Part shown: in pieces, positions 17,057 to 26,771 of the stretch
How the letters are laid out: every line of letters starts with the position of its first letter
Numbering within the stretch: position 1 is the stretch's first letter
Source: a virus
Length of the DNA stretch: 33,147 nt
Virus genome (UHGV): UHGV-0236124
Reading direction: 5' to 3' (one strand)
The notes under the pieces: model-generated
Databases searched by the model: none
What the model was told of the DNA's origin: nothing
Seen by the model: only the letters and a program-made list of their open reading frames with translations
Translations under genes and position numbers: made by a program

Positions 17057-17228
17057 CGCGGAAAAAGGCTAGTTTTTGCATTTCCATGGCGGCGGCAGCA
17101 TGTTTGGTAATTTATTGATAATTAAAAGTTATTTCTCTTTTCACCTGTACAATATTTTTTTCTCCCTGTCATTAGACCAGTTTGCAATTAATTGAAATAT
17201 ATAAATAAACCTGATTTTTACCTGCCAG

Positions 17229-17768
17229 ATGGAGTTGCTTATGTCAAATGTGAGCGGGATCGGTGATGCTTATTACTGGAGTGTTTTTAAAATCGCCGAG
17301 GCCTTTGGGCTTCACCGGGACACAGTAAAAAAACGGCTCCTCGCGGCCAACACTCCTGTGGCTGCGACTGTCAGGGGGAACCCCGTTTACGCCCTGCAGC
17401 ATGTCGGGCCTGCCCTGTTTAGTGTGAGGCATGAGGCAGCAGACTCTGTTCATGATCCATCCCGTATGGAGCCGAAAGAGAGAAAGGACTGGTACCAGTC
17501 TGAAAATGAAAGGATCAAGCTGGAAAAGGAGCAGCGAAAACTCATCCCCGTTGATGAAGTAGTCATCGTCTATTCGTCCATGAGAAAGGCTGTCGTCCAG
17601 GTTCTGGAGACAATTCCGGATGTTCTTGAACGCGATTGCGCCCTGACTCCTCAGGCCGTCGGCGTTGTACAGCAGGCCATTGATGACCTGCGATACACTC
17701 TTCAGGAAAAATCCTACGAGGCTTGTGCTGCTGAATTAATTCCTGATGAGGAAGGAGAGAGTCTCTAG
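17229..17768 (+). CDS. terminase small subunit (Nu1-like)
   Basis: 179 aa directly upstream of the gpA-like large subunit; N-terminal wHTH-like region; start could instead be ATG at 17241. Confidence 0.7.
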   Translation: MELLMSNVSGIGDAYYWSVFKIAEAFGLHRDTVKKRLLAANTPVAATVRGNPVYALQHVGPALFSVRHEAADSVHDPSRMEPKERKDWYQSENERIKLEKEQRKLIPVDEVVIVYSSMRKAVVQVLETIPDVLERDCALTPQAVGVVQQAIDDLRYTLQEKSYEACAAELIPDEEGESL

Positions 17769-17776
17769 GAGGAATA

Positions 17777-19876
17777 ATGGGTTTTTCATCAGCCCGAAAT
17801 TTGGGAAGGGACATATCGGCAGGATTTTCCCCACCACGTCGCATGCCGATTTCGGAGGCTGTTAAAAAATTCATGCGTGTTCCCAAGGGGGCTGGTAACT
17901 CGGTGCCATGGGATCCTGAACTGACACCCTACATCATTGAGCCCATGAACTGCCTGGCATCGCGTGAATACGATGCGGTGATTTTTGTTGGTCCTGCGCG
18001 AACAGGGAAGACCATTGGTCTGATCGATGGATGGATTGTCTATACCATCGTTTGCGATCCTTCGGACATGCTCGTTGTGCAGATGACCGAAGATAAGGCC
18101 CGCGAGCATTCTAAAAAGCGCCTCGACAGAACGTTCAGAAGCAGTGCGGCGGTAAAGAAAAGAATGAGTCCACGTCGTAACGACAATAATGTTCATGATA
18201 AGACGTTCAGGGATGGCTCGTTCCTTAAAATTGGTTGGCCCTCGGTCAACATTATGTCGTCGTCGGATTACCGGTTTGTCGCCTTAACCGATTACGACCG
18301 TTTTCCGGAGAATATCGACAGCGAGGGTGATGGTTTCTCCCTGGCCTCAAAACGTACCACCACATTTATGTCCGCCGGGATGACTCTGGTGGAGAGCTCG
18401 CCGGGACGTGACATCTGCGACAGCAAATGGCGACGTAAGTCGCCTCATGAAGCGCCACCGACGACTGGTATTCTTTCCCTTTACAATCGTGGTGACCGCC
18501 GCCGCTGGTACTGGCCATGTCCGCACTGCGGTGAATATTTTCAGCCAGCCATGGATGCCATGACCGGCTACCGTAATGAACCGGATCCCTTTAAAGCCAG
18601 TGAGGCGGCGTATCTACTTTGCCCGCACTGCAGCGGCATTATCACTGCGGAGAAAAAGCGTGAGCTCAATAGTGCAGGAGTCTGGTTGCGTGAAGGTCAG
18701 GTCATTGATCGTAACGGCAACGTTTCCGGTGAACCGCGCCGCTCCCGTATCGCCAGTTTCTGGATGGAAGGGCCAGCTGCTGCGTATCAGACCTGGGCGC
18801 AACTGGTTTACAAATTACTGACTGCAGAACAGGAGTATGAAGCGACAGGAAGCGAAGAAACACTCAGGGCGGTTATCAACACCGACTGGGGATTGCCTTA
18901 TCTTCCTCGTGCCAGCATGGAGCAACGAAAAAGTGAACTGCTTGAGCAGCGGGCAGAGCCAGTTCCTTCCCGCAGTGTTCCGGATGGCGTTAATTTCCTT
19001 GTGGCGACAGTGGATGTGCAGGCGGGACGTCATCGCCGTTTTGTGGTTCAGGTAACGGGCTATGGCAGCCGTGGCGAACGCTGGATTATTGATCGTTACA
19101 ACATCACGCAGTCATTGCGCAGTGACTGCGACGGGGAGAGCCAGCGAATTGATCCGGCCAGCTATCCGGAAGACTGGGATGTCCTGCTGACGGATGTTTT
19201 TCATAAAAGCTGGCCGCTGGCCTCCGATCCTTCTCAACAAATGCGACTGATGGCAATGGCGGTGGACTCCGGCGGTGAAGACGGGGTCACTGATAATGCC
19301 TATAAATTCTGGCGTCGTTGCCGTCGTGATGGCCTTGGTAAACGTATTTACCTGTTTAAGGGTGACAGCATCCGGCGCGCAAAACTGATCAGCCGTACAT
19401 TCCCTGATAACACCGGACGAACGGGCCGCCGGGCGCAGGCCGCAGGTGATGTGCCGCTCTGGCTTCTTCAGACGGATGCCCTGAAAGACCGGGTGAATAA
19501 CGCGTTATGGCGTGACTCGCCAGGTCCAGGCTATGTGCATTTCCCTGACTGGCTGGGGAGCTGGTTTTACGACGAACTGACGTATGAAGAGCGGAGCAGT
19601 GACGGGAAATGGAGTAAGCCGGGTCGCGGTGCCAACGAAGCTTTTGACCTGATGGTGTATGCCGAGGCGCTGGTCATTCTGCATGGATACGAAAAGATCC
19701 GCTGGCCGGATGCACCGGAGTGGGCGAGCCGGGAAACCTGGCTGGAGTGTGTCCCGGACAGTACCGAACCGTCACCCTCACCGGAGCCGGTATCCACGCC
19801 TGTTAAAAAACAAAAACGGAAGAAAACAGTAACTGACGATGTTAACCCCTGGCTGACTTCCGGAGGATGGTTATGA
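17777..19876 (+). CDS. terminase large subunit (lambda gpA-like)
   Basis: 699 aa; GGAGGAATAATG start; Walker A-like GPARTGKT; gpA-type zinc-finger region WYWPCPHCGEYF. Confidence 0.9.
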   Translation: MGFSSARNLGRDISAGFSPPRRMPISEAVKKFMRVPKGAGNSVPWDPELTPYIIEPMNCLASREYDAVIFVGPARTGKTIGLIDGWIVYTIVCDPSDMLVVQMTEDKAREHSKKRLDRTFRSSAAVKKRMSPRRNDNNVHDKTFRDGSFLKIGWPSVNIMSSSDYRFVALTDYDRFPENIDSEGDGFSLASKRTTTFMSAGMTLVESSPGRDICDSKWRRKSPHEAPPTTGILSLYNRGDRRRWYWPCPHCGEYFQPAMDAMTGYRNEPDPFKASEAAYLLCPHCSGIITAEKKRELNSAGVWLREGQVIDRNGNVSGEPRRSRIASFWMEGPAAAYQTWAQLVYKLLTAEQEYEATGSEETLRAVINTDWGLPYLPRASMEQRKSELLEQRAEPVPSRSVPDGVNFLVATVDVQAGRHRRFVVQVTGYGSRGERWIIDRYNITQSLRSDCDGESQRIDPASYPEDWDVLLTDVFHKSWPLASDPSQQMRLMAMAVDSGGEDGVTDNAYKFWRRCRRDGLGKRIYLFKGDSIRRAKLISRTFPDNTGRTGRRAQAAGDVPLWLLQTDALKDRVNNALWRDSPGPGYVHFPDWLGSWFYDELTYEERSSDGKWSKPGRGANEAFDLMVYAEALVILHGYEKIRWPDAPEWASRETWLECVPDSTEPSPSPEPVSTPVKKQKRKKTVTDDVNPWLTSGGWL

Positions 19877-20085
19877 ATCAGAATGATATTGAAGCCATGA
19901 TTCAGCGTTATACGGAAGCTGAAATGGCGGTGCTGGACGGAAAATCCGTCACTTTTAATGGTCAGCAGATGACCATGGAAAACTTATCTGAGATCCGGCA
20001 GGGACGGCAGGAGTGGGAGCGCCGCCTTGCGGCTCTGATTTCACGACGACGGGGGCATCCCGGGTACCGGCTGGCGAGGTTCTGA
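19873..20085 (+). CDS. head-tail joining / head completion protein (gpW-like)
   Basis: about 70 aa; GGAGG 6 nt upstream of ATG 19873; C-terminus ...RRRGHPGYRLARF resembles lambda W C-terminus. Confidence 0.65.
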   Translation: MNQNDIEAMIQRYTEAEMAVLDGKSVTFNGQQMTMENLSEIRQGRQEWERRLAALISRRRGHPGYRLARF

Positions 20086-21560
20086 TGGCAATTCTTGATG
20101 ATGTGATTGGCGTTTTTTCACCAGGATGGAAAGCGGCAAGGCTGCGTTCCCGTGCGGTGATTCAGGCTTATGAGGCCGTAAAAACGACGCGGACACACAA
20201 AGCCCGACGGGAGAACCGAACTGCCGACCAGTTAAGCCAGTACGGGGCCGTGTCGTTACGTGAGCAGGCCCGTTACCTTGATAACAACCACGATCTGGTC
20301 ATTGGTGTATTTGACAAGCTGGAAGAACGGGTGGTGGGGAAAAACGGGATTATTGTCGAGCCACATCCGGTATTACGCAATGGGGCCATTGCCCGTGATC
20401 TGGCAGCGGAGATACGCACCCGATGGAGTGAATGGTCTGTCAGTCCGGAAGTCACCGGGCAGTTTACCCGTCCGATGCTGGAACGTCTGATGCTGCGTAC
20501 CTGGCTGCGCGATGGTGAGGTGTTTGCCCAGATGGTTTCCGGGCGCATAAACAGCCTGACGCCTTCTGCCGGTGTTCATTTCTGGCTGGAGGCGCTCGAG
20601 CCGGACTTTATTCCCATGACCAGTGATGAGAGCAACAGGCTGAATCAGGGCGTGTTTGTTGATGACTGGGGGCGTCCCGAAAAATATCTGGTGTATAAAA
20701 GCCGTCCCGTATCCGGGCGGCAGATGGAAACCAAAGAAGTGGATGCAGAGCGAATGCTGCATCTTAAATTTGTTCGCCGTCTGCACCAGATGCGCGGGAC
20801 GTCTTTATTGTCCGGTGTGCTGATCCGCCTCAGCGCCCTGAAAGAGTATGAAGATTCTGAGCTGACTGCAGCAAGGGTCGCCGCTGCTCTGGGGATGTAC
20901 ATCCGCAAAGGCGACGGACAGAGCTATGAAACGGATGGTAATGACAGCAAGGAGAATGAACGCGAGCTTACCATTCAGCCAGGCATTATTTACGACGATC
21001 TGAAACCCGGCGAAGAAATCGGAATGGTGAAGTCGGATCGCCCAAATCCTAACCTTGAAACTTTTCGTAATGCTCAGTTGCGTGCCGTGGCGGCGGGCAG
21101 TCGTCTGAGTTTTTCCAGTACAGCGCGCAACTATAACGGCACTTACAGCGCCCAGCGTCAGGAGCTGGTTGAATCCACTGATGGCTACCTGATCCTGCAG
21201 GACTGGTTTATTGGTGCCGTCACCCGCCCGATGTATCGTGCCTGGCTGAAACAGGCTGTGGCATCCGGTGTTATCAGGCTACCCCGCGATCTTGACCGTT
21301 CTTCACTGTATACCGCGGTGTATTCCGGACCGGTGATGCCGTGGATTGACCCTGTTAAGGAGGCTGAGGCCTGGAAAATCCAGATTCGTGGTGGAGCGGC
21401 GACAGAATCAGACTGGGTACGTGCAGGTGGTCGTAATCCGGATGATGTCAAACGTCGGCGCAAGGCCGAAATTGATGAAAACCGCAAGCTGGACCTGGTA
21501 TTTGATACCGATCCGGCCAGTGATAAAGGAGGCAGCAGTGCCGCAACGAAACGACAGTAG
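20085..21560 (+). CDS. portal protein (lambda gpB-like)
   Basis: ATG overlapping the W stop (TGATG); 491 aa; position and size fit a portal. Confidence 0.8.
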   Translation: MAILDDVIGVFSPGWKAARLRSRAVIQAYEAVKTTRTHKARRENRTADQLSQYGAVSLREQARYLDNNHDLVIGVFDKLEERVVGKNGIIVEPHPVLRNGAIARDLAAEIRTRWSEWSVSPEVTGQFTRPMLERLMLRTWLRDGEVFAQMVSGRINSLTPSAGVHFWLEALEPDFIPMTSDESNRLNQGVFVDDWGRPEKYLVYKSRPVSGRQMETKEVDAERMLHLKFVRRLHQMRGTSLLSGVLIRLSALKEYEDSELTAARVAAALGMYIRKGDGQSYETDGNDSKENERELTIQPGIIYDDLKPGEEIGMVKSDRPNPNLETFRNAQLRAVAAGSRLSFSSTARNYNGTYSAQRQELVESTDGYLILQDWFIGAVTRPMYRAWLKQAVASGVIRLPRDLDRSSLYTAVYSGPVMPWIDPVKEAEAWKIQIRGGAATESDWVRAGGRNPDDVKRRRKAEIDENRKLDLVFDTDPASDKGGSSAATKRQ

Positions 21561-23565
21561 CCGCAGTACACCGACGACCAGTCCGAAGAATAATTCCTGG
21601 TTCAGGATGCAGGCTGGTCACCAGAGTGACGCGGATATTTATATTTATGACGAGATTGGTTTCTGGGGTGTTACAGCGAAGCAGTTTATCAGTGATCTGA
21701 ATGCACTGGGCGATATCACCCACATTAATCTCCATATCAATTCACCGGGTGGCGATGTCTTTGAAGGCATCGCCATTTTTAATGCGCTGAAAACACATGG
21801 TGCGTCCATTACCGTTTATGTCGACGGTGTGGCGGCATCAATGGCGTCGGTCATTGCGATGGTGGGAAACCCGGTCATTATGCCGGAAAACACCTTCATG
21901 ATGATTCATAAACCATTTGGCTTTACGGGCGGTGATGCGGAGGACATGCGCACCTATGCCGACCTGCTCGATAAAGTTGAGGCGGTTCTGTTACCCGCTT
22001 ATGCACAGAAAACCGGGAAAACCACCGATGAAATTGCTGCCATGCTGGCGGATGAGACCTGGATGTCCGGTGCCGAATGTCTGGCACAGGGATTTGCTGA
22101 TCAGGTGACACCAGCCGTTAAGGCAATGGCATGTATTCAGTCAAAACGTACAGAGGAATTTAAAAAGATGCCGGAATCCATTCGAAACATGATTACTCCG
22201 CCACGCAACAGTGCTCCACGCGTACAGGATGATGAACCTGCAGCCTCCCGGACGCCAGTGCAGGCAGCAGCACCCGTGGTGGATGAAAACAGTATCCGTG
22301 CGCAGGTACTGGCAGAGCAAAAAGCGCGTGTAAACGGTATTAATGATCTGTTTGCCATGTTTGGCGGGCGTTATCAGATGCTGCAGGCCCAGTGTCTTGC
22401 CGATCCTGAATGTTCGCTGGAGCAGGCCCGTGAAAAGCTGTTGAACGAGATGGGGCGCGAGTCCACGCCATCCAATAAAAATACCCCGGCTCATATTTAT
22501 GCCGGTAACGGTAATTTTGTGGGGGACGGGATCCGCCAGGCGCTGATGGCGCGTGCCGGATTTGAAAAAAACGAACGTGATAATGTCTACAACGGGATGA
22601 CCCTGCGTGAATATGCCCGTATGTCACTAACTGAACGGGGTATTGGGGTTTCCGGTTATAACCCGATGCAGATGGTCGGTGCGGCGTTCACACACAGTAC
22701 GTCTGACTTCGGTAATATTCTGCTGGATGTTGCGAACAAAGCCATTCTGCAGGGCTGGGAAGATGCCCCTGAAACCTATGAACAGTGGACGCGGAAAGGT
22801 CAGTTGTCTGATTTTAAAATTGCCCATCGTGTGGGTATGGGGGGCTTCAGTGCTCTGCGTCAGGTGCGTGAAGGGGCGGAATATAAATACGTCACCACCG
22901 GAGATAAACAGGCCACTATTGCACTGGCGACCTATGGCGAGCTGTTCAGTATCACCCGTCAGGCCATTATCAATGATGATCTGAATATGCTGACCGATGT
23001 CCCGATGAAACTGGGCCGTGCGGCGAAATCCACTATTGCCGATCTGGTTTATGCCATTCTGACGTCTAACCCGAAAATCTCCACAGATAATGTAAGTCTG
23101 TTCGATAAAGCGAAACATGCAAACGTACTGGAGAGCGCTGCAATGGACGTGGCATCGCTGGATAAAGCCCGCCAGTTGATGCGCGTTCAGAAAGAGGGGG
23201 AGCGTCATCTGAATATTCGTCCTGCGTTCGTACTGGTACCGACGGCGATGGAGTCTGTTGCTAACCAGGTCATTCGCTCCTCAAGTGTCAAGGGGGCTGA
23301 CATTAACGCCGGTATTATTAACCCGGTGAAAGATTTTGCGACCGTTATTGCAGAGCCTCGTCTTGATGATAACAGCCAGACCACCTTCTACCTGGCTGCG
23401 TCAAAAGGCTCCGATACGATTGAAGTGGCTTATCTCAACGGTGTGGATACGCCATATATTGATCAGATGGAGGGCTTCAGTGTGGATGGCGTGACAACGA
23501 AAGTGCGTATTGACGCCGGTGTCGCGCCAGTTGATCACCGCGGTCTGGTGAAATGTACGGCGTAA
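21538..23565 (+). CDS. prohead protease (ClpP/S49-like) fused to major capsid protein
   Basis: GTG at 21538 preceded by AAGGAGG; N-terminal ClpP-like region (IYIYDEIGFWG...INSPGGDVFEGIAIFNAL...MASVIAM) and a C-terminal capsid-like domain in one 675-aa ORF; alternative start ATG 21607. Confidence 0.75.
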   Translation: MPQRNDSSRSTPTTSPKNNSWFRMQAGHQSDADIYIYDEIGFWGVTAKQFISDLNALGDITHINLHINSPGGDVFEGIAIFNALKTHGASITVYVDGVAASMASVIAMVGNPVIMPENTFMMIHKPFGFTGGDAEDMRTYADLLDKVEAVLLPAYAQKTGKTTDEIAAMLADETWMSGAECLAQGFADQVTPAVKAMACIQSKRTEEFKKMPESIRNMITPPRNSAPRVQDDEPAASRTPVQAAAPVVDENSIRAQVLAEQKARVNGINDLFAMFGGRYQMLQAQCLADPECSLEQAREKLLNEMGRESTPSNKNTPAHIYAGNGNFVGDGIRQALMARAGFEKNERDNVYNGMTLREYARMSLTERGIGVSGYNPMQMVGAAFTHSTSDFGNILLDVANKAILQGWEDAPETYEQWTRKGQLSDFKIAHRVGMGGFSALRQVREGAEYKYVTTGDKQATIALATYGELFSITRQAIINDDLNMLTDVPMKLGRAAKSTIADLVYAILTSNPKISTDNVSLFDKAKHANVLESAAMDVASLDKARQLMRVQKEGERHLNIRPAFVLVPTAMESVANQVIRSSSVKGADINAGIINPVKDFATVIAEPRLDDNSQTTFYLAASKGSDTIEVAYLNGVDTPYIDQMEGFSVDGVTTKVRIDAGVAPVDHRGLVKCTA

Positions 23566-23587
23566 ACGTCGCAGACAACAACTCTGA

Positions 23588-23608
23588 TGGCCCGTAAGGG
23601 CTTTTTTT
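23588..23608 (+). terminator. weak terminator candidate after the capsid gene
   Basis: gcccgtaagggc followed by ttttttt. Confidence 0.35.
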
Positions 23609-23651
23609 GTACCTGAAATCAGCCCCTGAACGGGGCTGTGCGGAGACAGTT

Positions 23652-23975
23652 ATGGCAAAGAATTTTGTAGAAGAAGGAAAAACGGTGGCGATTGTTGCCA
23701 GTGCAGCCATCAGCAGCGGAGATCTGGTGCAGGTGGGCGATGTTTTTGCGGTGGCGCTGACCGATATTCCACAGGGTGAAACAGGCGACGGCATGACCGA
23801 AGGTGTGTTTATGCTGCCTAAGCTGAAAACGGATGACATGAAAACGGGTAAGAAGGTTTATCTGAAGTCCGGAAAAGTTCAGCTGACTAACAGCGGCTCT
23901 GATCCGCTGGTCGGGGTTGTCTGGGCAGATGCCGGAACCAGTGCAGAAGAAGTGCCGGTAAAACTCAATGTCTGA
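23652..23975 (+). CDS. head decoration / capsid-associated small protein (DUF2190-like)
   Basis: 107 aa immediately after the capsid gene; GGAG upstream of the ATG. Confidence 0.55.
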   Translation: MAKNFVEEGKTVAIVASAAISSGDLVQVGDVFAVALTDIPQGETGDGMTEGVFMLPKLKTDDMKTGKKVYLKSGKVQLTNSGSDPLVGVVWADAGTSAEEVPVKLNV

Positions 23976-24243
23976 TCCCTTTTCCCGGCTGGCAGCGCGT
24001 ATGGATGCTATCACGGTTAGAAAGATGGGAAAGACAGCCTCGATTAATGATGTCGATATGACTGTGATCCCGGGAGAAACACTGGCAGAGCTGAATGCTC
24101 TGTCCGGACCTGCGGTCTCTCTGGTGGTGTTTTCTTCGGGATACCGCCCACGGCGCGGGGATCGCGTTGTTTATGACGGACAACAATGGACGGTCACACG
24201 GCATGAACGTTTTAACGGTAAGCCAATGATCTTTATTGAGTAA
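23968..24243 (+). CDS. head-tail joining protein (lambda FII-like)
   Basis: 91 aa; ...SLVVFSSGYRPRRGDRVVYDGQQWTV resembles the lambda FII pattern; overlaps the previous stop. Confidence 0.55.
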   Translation: MSDPFSRLAARMDAITVRKMGKTASINDVDMTVIPGETLAELNALSGPAVSLVVFSSGYRPRRGDRVVYDGQQWTVTRHERFNGKPMIFIE

Positions 24244-24254
24244 AGAGGTGTGGG

Positions 24255-24833
24255 ATGAAGGGGCTTGAGAATGCCATCCGTAATCTGAACAGCCTTGATA
24301 CCCGTATGGTGCCACAGGCCAGCGCATGGGCGATAAACCGTGTGGCACAGAAAGCGGTCTCGGTCGCCACCCGGCAGGTTGCCGGGAATACCGTTGCGGG
24401 AGATAACCAGGTGAAAGGGATCCCCCTGAAACTGGTACGTCAGCGTGTCCGGGTGTTTAAAGCCAGTCCGTCAGGAAAAATGACGGCCAGGATCCGCGTT
24501 AACCGGGGCAATCTGCCCGCTATTAAGCTGGGGACAGCCCGGGTCAGACTGGCCCGGCGTGGTGGAAAACTGCAGTACCGTGGCAGTGTGCTGAAGGTGG
24601 GTAAATATCTTTTCCGGGATGCGTTTATTCAGCAACTGGCGAATGGTCGCTGGCATGTGATGCGGCGTATTGATGGCAAAAATCGTTACCCCATTGATGT
24701 GGTGAAAGTCCCGCTGTCCGGACCGCTGACACAGGCATTTGAAGATGCCCGCGACCGCATTATTGCTGCGGAAATGCCGAAACAGCTGGGGTATGCACTG
24801 AAACAACAACTGAGGTTATGGCTGACCCGATGA
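24255..24833 (+). CDS. minor tail protein Z-like
   Basis: 192 aa, same length as lambda Z (recalled); N-terminus MKGLENAIRNL... Confidence 0.75.
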   Translation: MKGLENAIRNLNSLDTRMVPQASAWAINRVAQKAVSVATRQVAGNTVAGDNQVKGIPLKLVRQRVRVFKASPSGKMTARIRVNRGNLPAIKLGTARVRLARRGGKLQYRGSVLKVGKYLFRDAFIQQLANGRWHVMRRIDGKNRYPIDVVKVPLSGPLTQAFEDARDRIIAAEMPKQLGYALKQQLRLWLTR

Positions 24834-25231
24834 ACCGACATACACAAATCCGCCAGGCCGTACTGGCACGCCTTCGGGAACAGTGTGGAGACAGCGCCAC
24901 GTTTTTTGACGGGCTTCCGGCATTTATTGATGCACAGGAACTGCCTGCCGTGGCGGTGTGGCTGAGTGATGCTCAGTACACCGGAAAAATGACGGATGAA
25001 GATGACTGGCAGGCTGTTCTGCATATTGCTGTCTTCATCCGGGCACAGGCACCGGATTCAGAGCTGGATATGTGGATGGAGAGCACCATTTTCCCGGCCC
25101 TGAATGATATACCGGCACTTTCCGGACTCATCGACACCCTGATCCCTCTCGGTTTTAACTATCAACGTGATAATGAGATGGCCACCTGGGCGATGGCGGA
25201 AATCACGTACCAGATCACGTACACGAATTAA
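24830..25231 (+). CDS. minor tail protein U-like (tail terminator)
   Basis: ATGA overlap with Z; MNRHTQIRQAVLARL...ATFFDGLPAFIDAQELPAVAVWL resembles lambda U; alternative start 24818. Confidence 0.75.
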   Translation: MNRHTQIRQAVLARLREQCGDSATFFDGLPAFIDAQELPAVAVWLSDAQYTGKMTDEDDWQAVLHIAVFIRAQAPDSELDMWMESTIFPALNDIPALSGLIDTLIPLGFNYQRDNEMATWAMAEITYQITYTN

Positions 25232-25242
25232 AGGAGGTGGCA

Positions 25243-25986
25243 ATGACCACACCAAATCCACTGGCAAAAACGAAAGGTGCGGGAACGACGTTCTGGATGT
25301 ACACCGGCAAGGGCGATGCGTTTGCGAACCCTTTATCGGACACTGACTGGCTGCGTCTTGCGATGGTGAAGGATCTGCAACCTGGCGAAATGACCGCTGA
25401 TGCAGAAGATGACACTTATCTCGATGATGAAGATGCAGACTGGAAAACGACAACCCAGGGGCAGAAATCCGTTGGTGATACTTCGGCGACGCTGGCCTGG
25501 CGTCCGGGTGACAGCGGGCAGAAAAAACTGGTTCAGTTGTTCGACTCCGGTGAAGTCTGCGCGTTTCGTATCAAATATCCCAACGGCACTGTTGATGTTT
25601 TCCGTGGCTGGCTGAGCTCACTGGGTAAAACCATTGCCTCAAAAGACGTGATGACCCGCACAGTGAAAATCAGCGGTGTGGGGCGTCCGTATCTGGCAGA
25701 GGAAGGCACTGAAACAGTGAGCGTTACCGGGCTGACGGTGGCACCGGCATCTGCCAGTGTAAAAGTGGGAGCAACCACCACGCTGACCTTTACAGTAAAA
25801 CCTGACGGAGCCAGTGACAAAGCGATCAGTGTGCATTCGACAGATCCACAGACTGCCACGGTGACCCTGAACGGGCTTGTGGCCACGGTGAAAGGCGTGA
25901 AGCAGGGCAGTGTCAGCATTGTGGGCATGACTTCTGACGGCGATTTTGTGGCAGTGGCTGCGGTGGCTGTCAGCGCCGCAGGTTAA
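25243..25986 (+). CDS. major tail protein V-like with C-terminal Ig-like domain
   Basis: AAGGAGG 5 nt upstream; KGAGTTFWMYTG...ANPLSDTDWLRLA; C-terminal Ig-like extension. Confidence 0.85.
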   Translation: MTTPNPLAKTKGAGTTFWMYTGKGDAFANPLSDTDWLRLAMVKDLQPGEMTADAEDDTYLDDEDADWKTTTQGQKSVGDTSATLAWRPGDSGQKKLVQLFDSGEVCAFRIKYPNGTVDVFRGWLSSLGKTIASKDVMTRTVKISGVGRPYLAEEGTETVSVTGLTVAPASASVKVGATTTLTFTVKPDGASDKAISVHSTDPQTATVTLNGLVATVKGVKQGSVSIVGMTSDGDFVAVAAVAVSAAG

Positions 25987-26043
25987 CAGGACGATACTCA
26001 TCATTTGCCCCGGTTATCCGGGGCTTTTTTGCAGGTGGAGAAC

Positions 26044-26433
26044 ATGATGTTTCTGAAACAGGGCACGTTTAATTATGAAAAGCAGTCCGTGGTGCTCAGT
26101 GAGCTGTCCGGGCTGCAGAGAATTGAATATCTGGCGTTTGTTCAGCAGCGAACGGCAAAGTTTGATGCCGAAGAGGGAGAACTGCCGGAGGCTGAACGAC
26201 AGATTGCTTTTCTGCGGATGGGGATGGATATCAATGCCTGGCTGGTTTCCCGCTCACTGTGGAATGCGGAACAGTCTCAGGATGTTGAGACGCTTTGCGC
26301 ATCCGTTATTACAACATGGTCGTATGATGCCCTGGGAGCGGGGGCGGAGATGGTTCTGTCGCTGAGCGGTATGGGAGTCATTGAGAATGCCGGGGATTTG
26401 GAGCATGAGGTGCTGACGCCGGAAAAGTCCTGA
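26044..26433 (+). CDS. tail assembly chaperone G-like
   Basis: MMFLKQGTFNYEKQSVVLSELSGLQRIEYLAF resembles lambda G; terminates just after the slippery site. Confidence 0.8.
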   Translation: MMFLKQGTFNYEKQSVVLSELSGLQRIEYLAFVQQRTAKFDAEEGELPEAERQIAFLRMGMDINAWLVSRSLWNAEQSQDVETLCASVITTWSYDALGAGAEMVLSLSGMGVIENAGDLEHEVLTPEKS

Positions 26434-26771
26434 CGCGGGAAATGCAGTTTGTCATGCGGCTTGCCCGGGAGTTCCGGCGGGCAGACTGGCGGCGGATGCT
26501 GTCGGAAATGTCGGCCACTGAGCTTGGTGAGTGGGGCGATTATTTCCGGATGCAGAGCTTCAGTGATGTGTGGATGGATGCGCAGTTTGCCTCGCTGAAG
26601 GCATTGATCGTGAGAATGGTGTCCGGTAGCAGTGATGCTGCGGTGGCTGATTTCAGCCTTTTACCGGAAGAGAACGGGATACCGGAGCGAACGGACGAAG
26701 AACTGATGCATCTTGGGGAAGGTATTTCCGGAGGTGTGCGTTATGGACCAGATAGCCAACCTGGTCATTGA
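26044..26771 (+). CDS. tail assembly chaperone GT fusion via programmed -1 frameshift
   Basis: T frame (26442..26771 in the ORF track) is -1 relative to G and open back to 26409; slippery G GAA AAG at 26421-26427 at the end of G. Confidence 0.6.
26421..26427 (+). other. -1 ribosomal frameshift slippery site (G GAA AAG)
   Basis: A-site AAG to AAA re-pairing is possible; lambda uses G GGA AAG at the equivalent position. Confidence 0.5.

Noticed and set aside
16801-17118. 105-aa plus-strand Cys-rich ORF upstream of cos
   Set aside because: Implausible composition, no RBS, overlaps the cosN-like sequence
9500-17200. LexA (SOS) boxes CTGT-N8-ACAG near the LexA-like gene and elsewhere
   Set aside because: Visual scan found only partial matches (for example CTGTAGACAG at about 16448 with wrong spacing); no convincing SOS box identified without a computational scan
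22627-23208. 193-aa minus-strand ORF antisense to the capsid domain
   Set aside because: Antisense to the well-supported protease-capsid gene
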